A stretch of DNA of 56,983 bases from Candidatus Aenigmatarchaeota archaeon (GTDB lineage: Archaea; Aenigmatarchaeota; Aenigmatarchaeia; QMZP01; JAFGSV01): NCBI GenBank assembly GCA_021163005.1, contig JAGGXP010000018.1:1-56983 (forward strand). Reading direction: 5' to 3'. Position numbers and translations under genes: made by a program. Positions 55,368-56,983 of this stretch are shown piece by piece (position 1 is the first letter of the stretch; every line of letters begins with the position of its first letter). The notes beneath the pieces were generated by a model that saw nothing but the letters and a program-made list of their open reading frames with translations, was not told the origin of the DNA and did not search any database.

Positions 55368-56983
55368 TCAGATTATCACCCAGTCTGTGGAATTGTAATA
55401 GTAAAGATGATGATCGCTTGAGTTCATGAACAGCCAGCCTTCCTCAGGATTGGCAGGGGCGGAGCCGGGTTTCAGTTTGAGCGCCTCACCTATGCTGACG
55501 CTTGCCGCTGACACATTGCCTGACACATTGAGGTTCCCTGCAAAGAAGTTGTTTCCGGTGCCTGAGACTGAAAGAGTGCCGCCTATTAGGACATTCCTTC
55601 CTATAACAGCACCACTTCCCACATAGAGTTCATTAGCAATTCGCACGTTTCTTGATACTTGTATACTTTCTGTTTTAAGATTTCCTGTTTCTATTGCAGG
55701 TGTTTCAATGGCCGAAATCTCTATAATTGAGATTGCATCGTCATCATGTGCACTGACGTAAATGTATTTACCTGAACCGAAAATGTTGAATATACCGTCT
55801 ATCATATTTGCTGTACCATTACGTGTGTCATCAAATATGACACCAACTTCCACAAGGTCTTCGGGGTCGGATATATCTATCACGGAAATTGAATTATCAT
55901 AAAACGACCCAACATAAACATAATTTCCTGCGACATAAATGCCTCTTGCACCGTCAAGTCCTGTTGCATCACCGCCTAGGCTATCGTCCTGTATATAGCT
56001 CACTTGTACAGGATTTGAGGCATTTGAAATGTCTATAACACTGAGGCTGTCTTCAAGTCTGCTTGTTATATAAGCGTATCTCCCGGAAACATACACGTTC
56101 TGAGGTGCTTTAATGGCCGTTACATCTCCACCGACACTGTCATCTGTAATATATCCGACTTCTGTCGGGTTCGTCGGATCAGATATATCAAGAATAGTCA
56201 TCGAGTCGTTGTTTACGGAATTTAACACATAGGCATACCTTCCATTGACAAATATATCACCCACACCCTCAAGGACTGTAGCACTTCCTCCTACGCTGTC
56301 ATCACGAATGAGACCTATCTCTTCCGGGTTGGATGGATCTGAGATATCAATTACAGAGAATGCAGGATCATCGTTACCACCCACATAAGCGTATCTTCCA
56401 GAGACATAGACAGACGCTGCTCCATCTAATCCCTGTGCAGAACCTCCCTGATTATCATCAGTTATGTAACCCATTTCTGTGATGTTGGAAGGATCACTTA
56501 TATCGAATATTGAAAGTGAATCATTAATGTTTGCCACCACATAGGCGTATTTTCCGGCGACAAAGACACTCCTAGCACCGTCAAGCGCACTCGCATCACC
56601 ACCCTGTGTGCTGTCTCTTATAGCACCTATGAATGTGATATTATCACTATTTGAAACATCAAATATCGAAAGCGTGTCCTCTTCATGACTCACTATGTAG
56701 AGATAATTGTTTTGAACTACAATATCTCTAGGAGCGTCAATGTAATTAGCATTTCCTCCTTGACTATCATCCTGAATATACCCAACTTCCTTCAGATATC
56801 CCGCCTTCTGCAGGAAGCTCCCGCTTTCCAGCGTCAGCTTCTCCTCGGGTGCCGACGTGCCTATGCCAACATTCCCTTCGCTGTCCACAAAAACATCCCT
56901 CTGGCTCACATACGCGTTCCCGACCTCTTCCCTCTGCTGGTACAGTGCCTTAACTTCATCAGCAGACAGGGCCCTGTTGTACA
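55368..56983 (-). CDS. Surface protein, 5'-truncated by the window: end of a LamG/ConA-like domain followed by about seven LVIVD beta-propeller repeats
   Basis: The frame is open to nt 56983 (…YNRALSADEVKALYQQ…, a typical LamG-domain end). Repeats of about 44 aa of the type GGxAxxLDGAxxVxVxGxYAYVxxxxxDSLSIxDISDPSNPxExG. Visibly lower GC. Confidence 0.7.
   Translation of the reverse strand, partial: YNRALSADEVKALYQQREEVGNAYVSQRDVFVDSEGNVGIGTSAPEEKLTLESGSFLQKAGYLKEVGYIQDDSQGGNANYIDAPRDIVVQNNYLYIVSHEEDTLSIFDVSNSDNITFIGAIRDSTQGGDASALDGARSVFVAGKYAYVVANINDSLSIFDISDPSNITEMGYITDDNQGGSAQGLDGAASVYVSGRYAYVGGNDDPAFSVIDISDPSNPEEIGLIRDDSVGGSATVLEGVGDIFVNGRYAYVLNSVNNDSMTILDISDPTNPTEVGYITDDSVGGDVTAIKAPQNVYVSGRYAYITSRLEDSLSVIDISNASNPVQVSYIQDDSLGGDATGLDGARGIYVAGNYVYVGSFYDNSISVIDISDPEDLVEVGVIFDDTRNGTANMIDGIFNIFGSGKYIYVSAHDDDAISIIEISAIETPAIETGNLKTESIQVSRNVRIANELYVGSGAVIGRNVLIGGTLSVSGTGNNFFAGNLNVSGNVSAASVSIGEALKLKPGSAPANPEEGWLFMNSSDHHLYYYNSTDWVII

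Overview
This is an archaeal chromosomal window. It carries aIF5B, two TBP genes, aEF-2, aEF-1alpha, aRF1, NusA, SUI1, Rpp29, RadB and 24 ribosomal protein genes. No rRNA genes or CRISPR arrays were seen. The r-protein operons are rearranged. S13-S4-S11-L3-L4-L23-L2-S19-L22-S3-L29-SUI1-Rpp29 lies on the + strand (44.4-54.0 kb). Its canonical continuation S17-L14-L24-S4e-L5-S14-S8 lies on the - strand (24.7-21.7 kb), fused to L30e-NusA-S12-S7-EF2-aRF1.

Main points of interest:
1. A visibly AT-rich accessory island (about 9.64-15.0 kb) encodes a 1082-aa single-chain Type IIG-like restriction-modification enzyme, an XRE-HTH/ImmA-IrrE metallopeptidase, a DUF4411 PIN-like protein and a small membrane protein.
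2. aRF1 carries a 510-aa LAGLIDADG intein inserted exactly at the catalytic GGQ motif. The residue before the intein is Trp, so splicing would give GGW rather than GGQ.
3. Two class II tRNA genes, Ser-CGA and Leu-CAG, are each interrupted at the same T-loop position by very long inserts of 220 and 328 nt. tRNA-Leu also has a 44-nt D-loop intron with a clear bulge-helix-bulge core.
4. Both tRNAs are embedded in unusual repeat families: tandem arrays with 79-, 80- and 82-nt periods, and an inverted repeat pair that brackets 11.6 kb.
5. Three non-ribosomal genes are inserted inside the L3-L4-L23 block.

Other content: an isoprenoid-lipid cluster (ferredoxin+GGR, UppP, polyprenol-kinase-like, PAP2), a KaiC-like ATPase with two small zinc-ribbon genes (one absent from the ORF track), a nucleotidyltransferase pair with palindromic operators, topoisomerase IA, a five-gene glycosyltransferase cluster, a MacB-type ABC module, and a LamG/LVIVD surface protein cut by the window edge.

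All calls come from reading the translations and the DNA by eye. No database searches or computations were run.
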